Shown: in pieces, positions 17,855-25,898 of the stretch | How positions within the stretch are numbered: the first letter of the stretch is position 1 | How the letters are laid out: each line of letters begins with the position of its first letter | Source: a virus | Taxonomy: Duplodnaviria; Heunggongvirae; Uroviricota; Caudoviricetes | IMG/VR virus record: IMGVR_UViG_3300047444_000753 | Location: 69,256-133,255 of that record | Direction: 5' to 3' (one strand) | Length of the DNA: 64,000 bases | Made by a program: the position numbers and the translations under genes | The notes under the pieces: generated by a model | The model's input: only the letters and a program-made list of their open reading frames with translations | The model's database searches: none | Told to the model about the DNA's origin: nothing

Positions 17855-18457
17855 ATGATCGCCGATCCTTTTGACGATACCCCACCCACACTCGATGACC
17901 TAGAGAATGGTACTGTCAAGTCCCATAGCGCAGGCATGAACTCGGCTGCAGAGCAGGGTCGGAACACCCCAGTTGCATGGAAGCAGACCGTAGCTGAACC
18001 AGTTCCTGTCGTGCGCTGTACGGGCACTGTCCGGAACGGTGACAGGAAGGGCGAACGCTGCCCTAAGTGGAGCATCCGTGGTGCCACGGTCTGCCTGCAG
18101 CACGGCGGTCACCTCCCATCCGTCAAAGAGCACGCACAGGCCGTTGTCGAAGCAGCACGCATGCGAATGATCGGGCTGGCAGACGAAGCCATCGACGCGA
18201 TCGAAGACCTCGTGACCAACCCGGGCACACAGCAAAACGTCCGTCTAAAGGCCGCTACCGAAATACTCGACCGCATCGGAGTCAAGGGCGCACCTGACCT
18301 TGCCATCACCGTGGAAGTCTCCGCGAGCCCTTCAGACATGATCGCCGAAAAACTCAAGGCCATCGCTAAACGCATGGAACCCAAGGAAAACCCTGAGGAT
18401 CTAGGCGAAGTCGAGACCGAGGACGACGTAGTTGACGAAGAGCCCCCTGTGCTGTAA
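17855..18457 (+). CDS. putative terminase small subunit-like protein (CxxHGG plus helical domain)
   Basis: RCPKWSIRGATVCLQHGG and VRLKAATEILDRIG motifs seen in actinophage TerS-like proteins. Confidence 0.55.
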   Translation: MIADPFDDTPPTLDDLENGTVKSHSAGMNSAAEQGRNTPVAWKQTVAEPVPVVRCTGTVRNGDRKGERCPKWSIRGATVCLQHGGHLPSVKEHAQAVVEAARMRMIGLADEAIDAIEDLVTNPGTQQNVRLKAATEILDRIGVKGAPDLAITVEVSASPSDMIAEKLKAIAKRMEPKENPEDLGEVETEDDVVDEEPPVL

Positions 18458-18511
18458 ACTGTAAGAGTTCCCCGTCCCGTCGATAAGGAACTGGTGGGCG
18501 TAGGCCTGACG

Positions 18512-18553
18512 AGAAACCCCAGCCTCAGCTGTGAAGAGGCTGGGTTTTCTTTT
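18512..18553 (+). terminator. intrinsic terminator
   Basis: AAACCCCAGCCTC...GAGGCTGGGTTTTCTTTT. Confidence 0.75.
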
Positions 18554-18656
18554 GCCCTTCAGCATATACCCTTTTACAATTCTTGCAAGGGTTGACACCC
18601 ACTAGATACACCTGTAAACTAGACATATACCAACGGCCACAACAAGGAGAAACACT

Positions 18657-19178
18657 ATGAACTCTGCATCACTCGGCAGCAAGAACCTCTTCACCAACTC
18701 AGCCAACAGCAAAGAACTCAACTTCCGGAACAAGACCAACGACCGGACCTCCGTCTCCTCCATCGAGATCCGCAAGCTGTACCCCACCGGGGGCTGCGAA
18801 AGCTTGGAGAGCATCTCCGTCAAGGAAGAAGACAACGTCGCCATGGCGATCGCGATCCTCGGTGTCGGACGGGTGACTGATGATGTCGAGAGCGAGGCGA
18901 AGATCCGTGCGGAAATGATCCTCGATGCGAACTACGGTCACACCGAGGACGGTGTCCTGAAGCAGGCCATCATCGCACTTCGCTCCATCCTGATCGCCCG
19001 CGAGATGGAGGCAGCTGCGGCCACCAAGGATCTGGACGACGCCTACGCCCTCTACAAGCTGGCCTACCCGAAGACGACCACGGAGTTTGAGAGCTTCAAG
19101 GTTCTCTCCATGAAGGACCACTGGCTCTCTGTCCTGCGTCGGATGCGCAAGGACCCCACGGTCCTCGGCACGTTGTAA
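18657..19178 (+). CDS. hypothetical protein
   Basis: TTGACA promoter 18592, AAGGAG RBS. Confidence 0.85.
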   Translation: MNSASLGSKNLFTNSANSKELNFRNKTNDRTSVSSIEIRKLYPTGGCESLESISVKEEDNVAMAIAILGVGRVTDDVESEAKIRAEMILDANYGHTEDGVLKQAIIALRSILIAREMEAAAATKDLDDAYALYKLAYPKTTTEFESFKVLSMKDHWLSVLRRMRKDPTVLGTL

Positions 19179-19213
19179 GAAATACAAACCCACAACAAGA
19201 AAAGGAATCCACC

Positions 19214-19594
19214 ATGAAGAACATCTACATCACAGGCGACCGCTCCATGGAGCCCTACCTCGCAGCAGGCGCAGTCAACGCCATCCTCAAGGATCTCGTG
19301 CGCCAGAACAACGGCGACCTCGCCATCGGCACAGGCAACTGTAACGGTGGCATCGAACGGGCCGTGCGCTACCTGATCGCGGAGGAGTTCATGAACCTCG
19401 CGCACTACTCCACCGACGAAGACGGCAAGCCGGACTTCGAGTCCACGTTCCGGGAGCTGGAGGACGTCATCGATCAGGTGGTCTTCATCCACACGGATCC
19501 GCTGAGCTCCCGTATCGGGCGAGCAGTCGCTGCCGTGTTCCCCGAGGACAAGGTCTCGATGCCCTTCCAAGAAGTGATGGCAGCTTCGTTGTAA
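19214..19594 (+). CDS. divergent SLOG/YspA-like protein
   Basis: IYITGDRS...GTGNCNGGIE echoes the ITGSR...SGACPSGAD motif of 44511. Confidence 0.45.
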   Translation: MKNIYITGDRSMEPYLAAGAVNAILKDLVRQNNGDLAIGTGNCNGGIERAVRYLIAEEFMNLAHYSTDEDGKPDFESTFRELEDVIDQVVFIHTDPLSSRIGRAVAAVFPEDKVSMPFQEVMAASL

Positions 19595-19606
19595 GAATTG
19601 CAAAAC

Positions 19607-19645
19607 AGAAAACCCCCGGCACCCTCTAAGGACCGGGGGTTCTCT
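19607..19645 (+). terminator. intrinsic terminator
   Basis: AACCCCCGG...CCGGGGGTT stem. Confidence 0.7.
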
Positions 19646-19744
19646 GTGTCTCGTACTCTCAACCACTAGACCCTTAAAGGGTATGCGAGGGTGGGTCTGG
19701 GGTCAAGTCCACATAACTGCATATTACTGTGGTACACTTAATGC

Positions 19745-20242
19745 ATGACACTTACTAAGACTTACCCATTCATGTCCAACCTGATCTTCCAGAATGTCAT
19801 AGTCCATGACGAATGCTGGGAGTGGCAGGGAGTCCAGCGCAAAGGCTATGGCCGGATCTCGGTCGATAGCAAGCAGTACTCCGTACATCGTGTGGTCTTC
19901 GCAGACATTCATGGCCCCATTCCTGAGGGGATGACCGTGCTACACACCTGCGACAATCCTCCCTGTTGTAGGCCTGAGCACCTCAGGCTAGCGACACAGG
20001 CAGAGAATATGGCTGACATGCTGGCCAAGGGTAGGCACGTACCGGGGACGGGAGGGACACCACCCCACGCATTCGGAGTAGGACACGCTAACGCGAAGAT
20101 GACGGACGAGATCGTTCTTGCGATCCGAGCGAGGTACGCAGAGGGTGCTATCACACAGAAGGAACTGGCCACCGAGTTCGCAGTGCACCAGAGCCAAGTC
20201 TCCCGGGCCATCAGTGGTAAGGGTTGGGGCCACCTCCTCTAA
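19745..20242 (+). CDS. HNH endonuclease with C-terminal HTH
   Basis: CWEWQG...GYG...VHRVVF...VLHTCDNPPCCRPEHL...ENMAD; C-terminal TQKELATEFAVHQSQVSRAI; leaderless after TGTGGTACACT. Confidence 0.9.
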   Translation: MTLTKTYPFMSNLIFQNVIVHDECWEWQGVQRKGYGRISVDSKQYSVHRVVFADIHGPIPEGMTVLHTCDNPPCCRPEHLRLATQAENMADMLAKGRHVPGTGGTPPHAFGVGHANAKMTDEIVLAIRARYAEGAITQKELATEFAVHQSQVSRAISGKGWGHLL

Positions 20243-20247
20243 CGCGA

Positions 20248-20628
20248 ATGCGGTACACCCTAATGCGGTTGCGGTCTTAGTGGATGCGGTACACCCTAAT
20301 GCGGTGCACATGGATGCGGTTACGGCTATTAAGGATGCGGTGCCTGCCATGCGGTACTAGTGCATGCGGTGCGGTATCCCGGATGCGGTTGACTAGGATG
20401 CGGTACTAGGGCATGCGGTGCGGTGTTCCGGATGCGGTTGCGGTCAGATAGCATGCGGTGCGGTTGTAGGCATGCGGTGGCCCTCCTTTTGCGGTTAGGG
20501 GCATGCGGTGCGGCTAAGTCGATGCGGTGGCCCTCCTTTGCGGATGCGGTGATGCGGTTGCCGTTTTTGGCATGCGGTGATGCGGTTGACTCGATGCGGT
20601 CGTAAATTGATGCGGTGCGGCATGCGGT
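20248..20628 (+). repeat. array of about 23 same-strand ATGCGGT heptamers
   Basis: Copies at 20248, 20263, 20284, 20299, 20314 ... 20610, 20622; spacing mostly 14-22 bp with variable spacers. Confidence 0.9.
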
Positions 20629-20813
20629 TGCAACTTTTGTAAGTAGGGGTGGTCAGGGGTGGTCAGAGCTCCTCTGTGGGAGAAACCCCCGGCGTGTTTC
20701 AGATGCCGAAAACGATTTCCACCTCAACAAAAACCAATTTTCGATACGTTAGTTGACATCTATGTATGTATAAGATATACTTGATACATACCCAACGAAA
20801 GGAATCAAAGACT

Positions 20814-20942
20814 ATGAAGAAATTTCTCGACTACCAGCTCAACCCGGTGCTCTTCGTCATCGTTTTCATCTACGTGATGACTGACAAGTTCGCCCGGTCG
20901 ATTTTCGTCAAGGATTACAAGCCCAAGCGCCTGTACTTCTAG
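20814..20942 (+). CDS. small membrane protein (42 aa)
   Basis: TTGACA-N17-TATACT (20753-20781), AAGGA RBS, one TM. Confidence 0.7.
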   Translation: MKKFLDYQLNPVLFVIVFIYVMTDKFARSIFVKDYKPKRLYF

Positions 20943-20962
20943 CACACCGACTGAAACTCACT

Positions 20963-21254
20963 AGCGCTATATAAGCGCTATAGAAACACACCAACACAAG
21001 CTCACCACCTCGGGGCGAAGCTCACCAGCTCGGCGGAGGTTCACCACCTTAGCGCTACATAAACACAATAGCGCTAGCGCTTCAGCGCTACACATACACG
21101 CATACGCACACAGGCACATCGCCACACCACCTCGGGAGAGGATCACCACCTCAAATCGTCTCACCACCTCAAGCGCTAGCGCTAACACATAGCGCTTTAG
21201 CGCATAGCGCTACGCGGAGGTTCACCAGCTCGGGAGGGCGAGACTCACCAGCAC
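20963..21254. repeat. alternating blocks of AGCGCT palindromes and CACCASCTC repeats
   Basis: 10 AGCGCT and 8 (T)CACCA(C/G)CTC-like copies in interleaved blocks; non-coding. Confidence 0.8.
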
Positions 21255-21449
21255 ATGGGTTTAGCCCCTTACAAAATTTGCAAGGGGTTAGGGGGGGGGG
21301 GGTGTTGGGTTTTCGATTCCGGGGGGCGGGACCTTCTGGCCGGGTGGGGTTCAGGCCGTCGCCCTACTTCCCACCCGTTTACAATTCTTGCAACGTCTCG
21401 CAAGAATCATAACCAGTGGCCCGGGGCCGTCGCTCCGGTTGATGACTTC

Positions 21450-21588
21450 AGTATTGCATATTCAATTGCACGTGTCAACATATCGCCCTGCCCAACATGC
21501 AGGGCGTTTAGCGACTCCCATAACTCTCCCCTATGGATCTGGAGATGTCAAGTCGCTGCAGGACTTGCGCATTGGTTTACATGCGTGT
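21450..21588. promoter_or_regulatory. divergent promoter pair
   Basis: Minus strand TTGACA(21478)-N17-AATACT; plus strand TTGCGC-N17-TATTGT upstream of 21629. Confidence 0.65.
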
Positions 21589-21628
21589 ATTGTAGAGATA
21601 TCAGCTCAACCAAACCAAGGAGCACACC

Positions 21629-21913
21629 ATGACTGTACAGGTCCGTTACACCGCGTCCGTCGTCAATTTCGACACTGCCGAAACTTTTACGGGCTGGGTT
21701 GATCCTAGCTGGAACCGCTGGGAACTGCGGAGCACGGCGGAAGATGTCCGTACGTTCGAATACGCGGATGAGGCGGAAGCGCTGGCCGCGATTGAATCGG
21801 AGATTGGCGCACCCGATAATTGGGACGGTGAGTCCTATTACGCGGCGGACGCGGCCATCAACTTGGAGTCCGGCGAACACTGGCTGTACGCGGCGCACGT
21901 GACCGAAAGCTAG
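21629..21913 (+). CDS. acidic early protein
   Basis: AAGGAG RBS; 19 D/E versus 4 R in 94 aa; followed by terminator. Confidence 0.85.
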   Translation: MTVQVRYTASVVNFDTAETFTGWVDPSWNRWELRSTAEDVRTFEYADEAEALAAIESEIGAPDNWDGESYYAADAAINLESGEHWLYAAHVTES

Positions 21914-21977
21914 GCCCCCGCGAAAGTACCCCGGCGCTGAGCGCGTCGGGGGCTTTTGCATTTTTTGCAACGGGGCT

Positions 21978-22048
21978 AAAAAAAAGACCCAGAGTGGGCC
22001 TTCCCCGGGACCCGTCTCAGGGCCCCTATCATGTTCGGCTTCCGCCTA
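21978..22048 (-). ncRNA. putative small RNA (family 1, copy A)
   Basis: Minus-strand TTGACA(22084)-N18-AATAAT, three hairpins, T8 tract; no ORF; homologous to 23221-23296. Confidence 0.5.
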
Positions 22049-22238
22049 TACTCAATTATTGCATACAAAATACACACGTGTCAACCCCTAAACCAGACTT
22101 GCGTATCAACATATACCCGTGTACAGTATAGGTATCAGCAACGGAGTAAGGGCCACGGGCCAGACTCAACCGGCGCTGACCAACACTTTACAGGTCCCAA
22201 CGCCTGACCGCTTATCCGCTAGCCCAAGGAGTCTTATA

Positions 22239-22499
22239 ATGTTTGCAAAGCAGATCCGCATCCGTCCGCTACACCTCCCCACCGCGTGGAGTGTCGTACT
22301 GTTGCTGCTGATCCTCCCGGCCCTGTACGTCGAGCTGACGGGAGATTTCCCGGGCCGCGTGTGGTTCTACGGGCAGGAGGAAGATAGCGAGCTGGCGGGC
22401 GTATTCCTCAACGCTCACAACTACATCTTTACAACTCTTGCAACCACGTGGGACGTCGTCGGACGGCTTGCGGGCAGCGTCAAAGAATTCTTTGCCTGA
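22239..22499 (+). CDS. membrane protein
   Basis: AAGGAG RBS; TM helix; start codon overlaps a TTATAA-N3-TTGCAA site. Confidence 0.7.
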   Translation: MFAKQIRIRPLHLPTAWSVVLLLLILPALYVELTGDFPGRVWFYGQEEDSELAGVFLNAHNYIFTTLATTWDVVGRLAGSVKEFFA

Positions 22500-22561
22500 C
22501 GGGTTGACATCCGTATACCTTATGCCTTAGACTAGTAGTACACCAACAAAGGAGAAACACC

Positions 22562-22888
22562 ATGGCAAATCTCACCGCTACCCCCAAAGACCTCACCTCG
22601 GCCATCGCGGCGCTGAACGGTAAGAGCGTCCGGAAGATCGGGAACAACACGGAGCTGCGCTTGGAAGTGACCCCCAAGGGCCGTAGCGTCGTGGCCACGC
22701 TGCACGGCAACAGGATTGTCCGCTATGAGGCTGACGGTGTCTACGTGAGCTGGGCAGGTTACACCACCAGCACCACCCGTGACCGGCTGAACCAGCTCTC
22801 CCCGGCCCGATTCAACATCGCCGGACGCCTCCCCCACATCGACGGCGAAGAGGTATTTAGCCTCGAATGGGTCAAGGTCACCAACTAA
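22562..22888 (+). CDS. conserved-type phage early protein
   Basis: LHGNRI...WAGYTTSTTRDRLN motif; own promoter, RBS and terminator. Confidence 0.85.
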   Translation: MANLTATPKDLTSAIAALNGKSVRKIGNNTELRLEVTPKGRSVVATLHGNRIVRYEADGVYVSWAGYTTSTTRDRLNQLSPARFNIAGRLPHIDGEEVFSLEWVKVTN

Positions 22889-22963
22889 CCGGGACGCCCG
22901 GGGTCTAACAAGCCCCGGGCTATCCGCCCTTACAATTCTTGCAATTCTTACAAAGGAGACATC

Positions 22964-23152
22964 ATGTCGGCACTAATCGTGAACCACTCACAGACTGTGG
23001 CGGAACGGCTCGAATACATCCGGGGCGAGATTGAGGCGGAACGGGTGAGCTACTGGGAGATTTCGGAGCTGCAGGGACTGGCGGCTTTCATCGACCCGGG
23101 CGACGTGCTGCTGCTGGAGTGGGCAGGAGTCCCGGAATTCCCGGAAGACTAG
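22964..23152 (+). CDS. small acidic protein
   Basis: AAGGAG RBS, downstream terminator hairpin. Confidence 0.8.
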   Translation: MSALIVNHSQTVAERLEYIRGEIEAERVSYWEISELQGLAAFIDPGDVLLLEWAGVPEFPED

Positions 23153-23220
23153 CCTAAACAAATATCCCCCGGCGCTACGGCGTCCGGGGGTATTTGCGTT
23201 GCAATTTTTGCAACGGGCCT

Positions 23221-23296
23221 AAAAAAAAAGGGTCAGACTCGGCCTACCCCCCGACCCCGCTGCAGGGCCGATATCTACGGGCTGCTTGCCCGTCTA
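23221..23296 (-). ncRNA. putative small RNA (family 1, copy B)
   Basis: Minus-strand TTGACA(23331)-N18-TAGAAT, hairpins, T9 tract; no ORF. Confidence 0.5.
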
Positions 23297-23421
23297 CTTC
23301 AATTCTAAGGCATAACGTATACAGATGTCAAGCCCAAAAGAAATAAAAGATTATCGGGTTTAGGGCTTGCGTAGGGGTTTACATGCATGTATAGTAGATA
23401 TTACCAACGAAGGAGAACATC

Positions 23422-23598
23422 ATGGGAATGACCCGAAAAACTCAGCAGGAAGGCGTTATCTACGTCACGCCTAACCGGGCAGTATTCGCATCGCCGGACG
23501 GTGAGGGCCGTGTCTGGTTTGACACGGTCAACGAAGCTAAGGGCGAAACGGGCCTGACAAAAGTTGTCTACTTGCTGGAAGCGCCGGAAGACTACTGA
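23422..23598 (+). CDS. hypothetical protein (58 aa)
   Basis: TTGCGT-N17-TATAGT promoter, AAGGAG RBS. Confidence 0.8.
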   Translation: MGMTRKTQQEGVIYVTPNRAVFASPDGEGRVWFDTVNEAKGETGLTKVVYLLEAPEDY

Positions 23599-23675
23599 GC
23601 AACCGGGGCCGGGTGGACATTCTGCCCGGTCCCGTGTATGCTAGAACTACCAACAAAGAACAAAGGATATGCAAA

Positions 23676-24308
23676 ATGGTCTTCCGTCTTGATAACACTC
23701 TCACCGAACCGCGCAACGTTGTGTACGCTGCTAAGCCTAACTCGGCGCGTATCCTCGACGTGTACCGTCAAGCGACGTTGCAGGAATTGCAGGATGGGCT
23801 TGATTGGTACCGTGACGCTCACGCTATCGCTGCTGCACTGGATCCGGCGCGGCCTCACGCTGCAGCGGGCGTACTGGCGGCGCTCTCGCCTATGCAGAGC
23901 TGGGGGCAGAATGTAAACCTTGCAGCGCGGGCCTACGCTGACGGCAGCGCCACGGGCACCCTGTTTCGTAACTGCGCCAAAGCTGACGCGATTATGGCCG
24001 GTGCTGAACCGCTCGACGTGTTGCGCGGGGATAAGGTTTGCAACTTTTACAAAGCTATTGCAGATCCCCACGACGGCGGCGCTGTAGTGATTGACCGCCA
24101 CGCGTTTGATATCGCGGTAGGCCGGATCACTAACGATAAGTCCCGGACGGCACTGGGCCGTAAGGGCGTCTATGACGCGTTCGCTAGGGCCTACGTACGG
24201 GCAGCTAAGGCCGTGTCTGTAGAGACTGGGCTGGACGTATCGCCCTGTCAGATGCAGGCGATAACGTGGACAGTCTGGCGGCGTCTCAAGGGCCTTGACG
24301 GACTGTAA
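23676..24308 (+). CDS. phage early protein, possibly HhH DNA-glycosylase-like fold
   Basis: GLDWY...AALSPMQSWGQN...KVCNFY...VVIDRHAF...AY..AA...PCQMQAITW. Confidence 0.55.
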   Translation: MVFRLDNTLTEPRNVVYAAKPNSARILDVYRQATLQELQDGLDWYRDAHAIAAALDPARPHAAAGVLAALSPMQSWGQNVNLAARAYADGSATGTLFRNCAKADAIMAGAEPLDVLRGDKVCNFYKAIADPHDGGAVVIDRHAFDIAVGRITNDKSRTALGRKGVYDAFARAYVRAAKAVSVETGLDVSPCQMQAITWTVWRRLKGLDGL

Positions 24309-24382
24309 GAATTGCAACGGGCCGGGGTAGACAAACTATCTCGGCCCGTGTATGCTTAGAGTACCAACAAAGGAGAAACACC

Positions 24383-24697
24383 ATGTGGATGAATGAATAT
24401 GAAATTGAAGACGCGCTGCGACTGACGGCCCGTTTTGAATTGCCCGTCGCACGTCGGGCCGCTGAAATTCTTTCGGAGCTGAAAGACTGGACCAATGATC
24501 ACTCGGACGGGTGGCCCTACTGGCAGAAACCTGCTAAGGCCGCTGACAAGCTCATGACGGCCCTGCAGTCTGCCATTGGCGCTAGCCGTCAAGGGGACAA
24601 CGTAGACATGACGGAGGCGCAACTCAAGGCCGCGCTGACGCCCGTCAAGTCATTCCTGACCCGTCACGGCGCTGACCACACGGAGGTAATCAAGTGA
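24383..24697 (+). CDS. hypothetical early protein
   Basis: Promoter plus AAGGAG; NDHSDGWPYWQKP motif. Confidence 0.85.
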   Translation: MWMNEYEIEDALRLTARFELPVARRAAEILSELKDWTNDHSDGWPYWQKPAKAADKLMTALQSAIGASRQGDNVDMTEAQLKAALTPVKSFLTRHGADHTEVIK

Positions 24698-24978
24698 ACA
24701 GCATTCCGGGGTTTGCATCGGCCCAACGGCAGTGGGAGAACATGGAGCCGGACTGGGCAGACGAGTGCATCTGTGAACCGCGCTATGAATGTCCCGACTG
24801 TGGATCCGATCACTACAAAGAATCGGATCTAGACACGCCCTGCACGTGGGAACACTGCGACGGACGCGGCGTTACAAAAATTGTAACCGTGGAACACGGT
24901 ACGCCGGTTGCAGGATGTCGGGAACACGGATGGTGCACCGGCTGCAGTAGCCGGAACTGTGAGGACTGCAACGGCTAA
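24694..24978 (+). CDS. Cys-rich protein
   Basis: Several CxxC pairs; GTGA overlap. Confidence 0.75.
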   Translation: MNSIPGFASAQRQWENMEPDWADECICEPRYECPDCGSDHYKESDLDTPCTWEHCDGRGVTKIVTVEHGTPVAGCREHGWCTGCSSRNCEDCNG

Positions 24979-25052
24979 AAGAATTCTGGCGGGGGACTAG
25001 ACATTAGATCCCCCGCCGTGTATGCTTAGAGTACCAACAAAGGAGATACACA

Positions 25053-25307
25053 ATGGCAAAGAATCAGCCCATGGTAGTAACCGTCAACGCCGACACGGCA
25101 CACCGGACGGTCACCGTCGTTATCGAGCACGCCGACTGGCAGAGCTTTACCCGGGCCGTCCAGCCCCGGGCAACCAAGGAATTCAAGCGCTGGGTATCTG
25201 AGAACATCATGTTTGGGAACCTGCTCCACACCCGGTCATCACTTGGTTGGCACGACGTGCGCAACGAGTCGGGCCGCTGCCTGTCGTTCATGACCTACAC
25301 GTACTAA
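25053..25307 (+). CDS. hypothetical early protein
   Basis: Promoter plus AAGGAG RBS. Confidence 0.85.
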   Translation: MAKNQPMVVTVNADTAHRTVTVVIEHADWQSFTRAVQPRATKEFKRWVSENIMFGNLLHTRSSLGWHDVRNESGRCLSFMTYTY

Positions 25308-25382
25308 CCGGGCGGGCCGGGGCCTACGGGTCCCGGCAGCACGTCTTACAATTCTTGCAATACCAACAAACAAGGAGTCACC

Positions 25383-25580
25383 ATGGCAGAGCTTCAGGCA
25401 TCCATTGAGGTCACTAGTTCCCGGTTCACTGATGCACGGCGGGTACGAATCGTAGTAGACAGTATCACGGCGGTTGGAGATGAGGCCAATGGACGTGGCT
25501 TTATCACCACTGCGGGTGGTCAGCATTTTACTGTCATGGAGTCCTATGACCAAATTTTGGCGAAGATAGCCGCCGCCTAA
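25383..25580 (+). CDS. hypothetical early protein
   Basis: AAGGAG RBS. Confidence 0.8.
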   Translation: MAELQASIEVTSSRFTDARRVRIVVDSITAVGDEANGRGFITTAGGQHFTVMESYDQILAKIAAA

Positions 25581-25660
25581 CCGACGCGGGCGGGCCTTGC
25601 AAAAGTTGCAAGAGCCCGCCTAGCCGGTGGGTTGACAAGCCTGTATCTTTATGCGAGAAT

Positions 25661-25782
25661 TGAAACATGAAGCGGATATCCCCGGGAGGGATAAGCAGGG
25701 AAACCAGAGCTGCCCTAAAACGGGGCGGGTTATTTTTGGGGTCCTCTGGTGACCCAGCTTCAATCGGTTGCTTCATACTTCA
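25661..25782. ncRNA. convergent pair of homologous short transcripts (family 2)
   Basis: Plus TTGACA(25632)-N17-GAGAAT and minus TTGACA(25811)-N17-TAAAAT, both followed by TGAAnn-ATGAAGC. Confidence 0.45.
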
Positions 25783-25898
25783 ATTTTACAGACAACATAC
25801 ACAGATGTCAAGCGAAAAGAAATATTGGTTTGGACTTGCGTGAGGCTGTACATGGGTGTATAGTAGAGGTATCAGCAAGGGACAACCGAGGAGTCAAA

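Noticed and set aside
20248-20628. CRISPR array
   Set aside because: The repeat is only 7-8 bp and spacers are about 1-24 bp and partly repeated; there is no leader or cas gene.
20118-21188. ORFs 20118-20360, 20423-20605 and 20967-21188
   Set aside because: They are translations of the repeat arrays, with no RBS and periodic amino-acid patterns.
21309-21340. Second tRNA suggested by TTTCGATTCC
   Set aside because: No acceptor, D or anticodon arms; it is preceded by a poly-G run.
25655-25790. Solitary CRISPR repeat (Racr) suggested by ATTGAAAC/ATTGAAGC octamers
   Set aside because: Most octamers overlap the -10 box and would not be transcribed, and no full repeat with a matching hairpin is recognisable. 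An Rfam/CRISPR-repeat search could reopen this.
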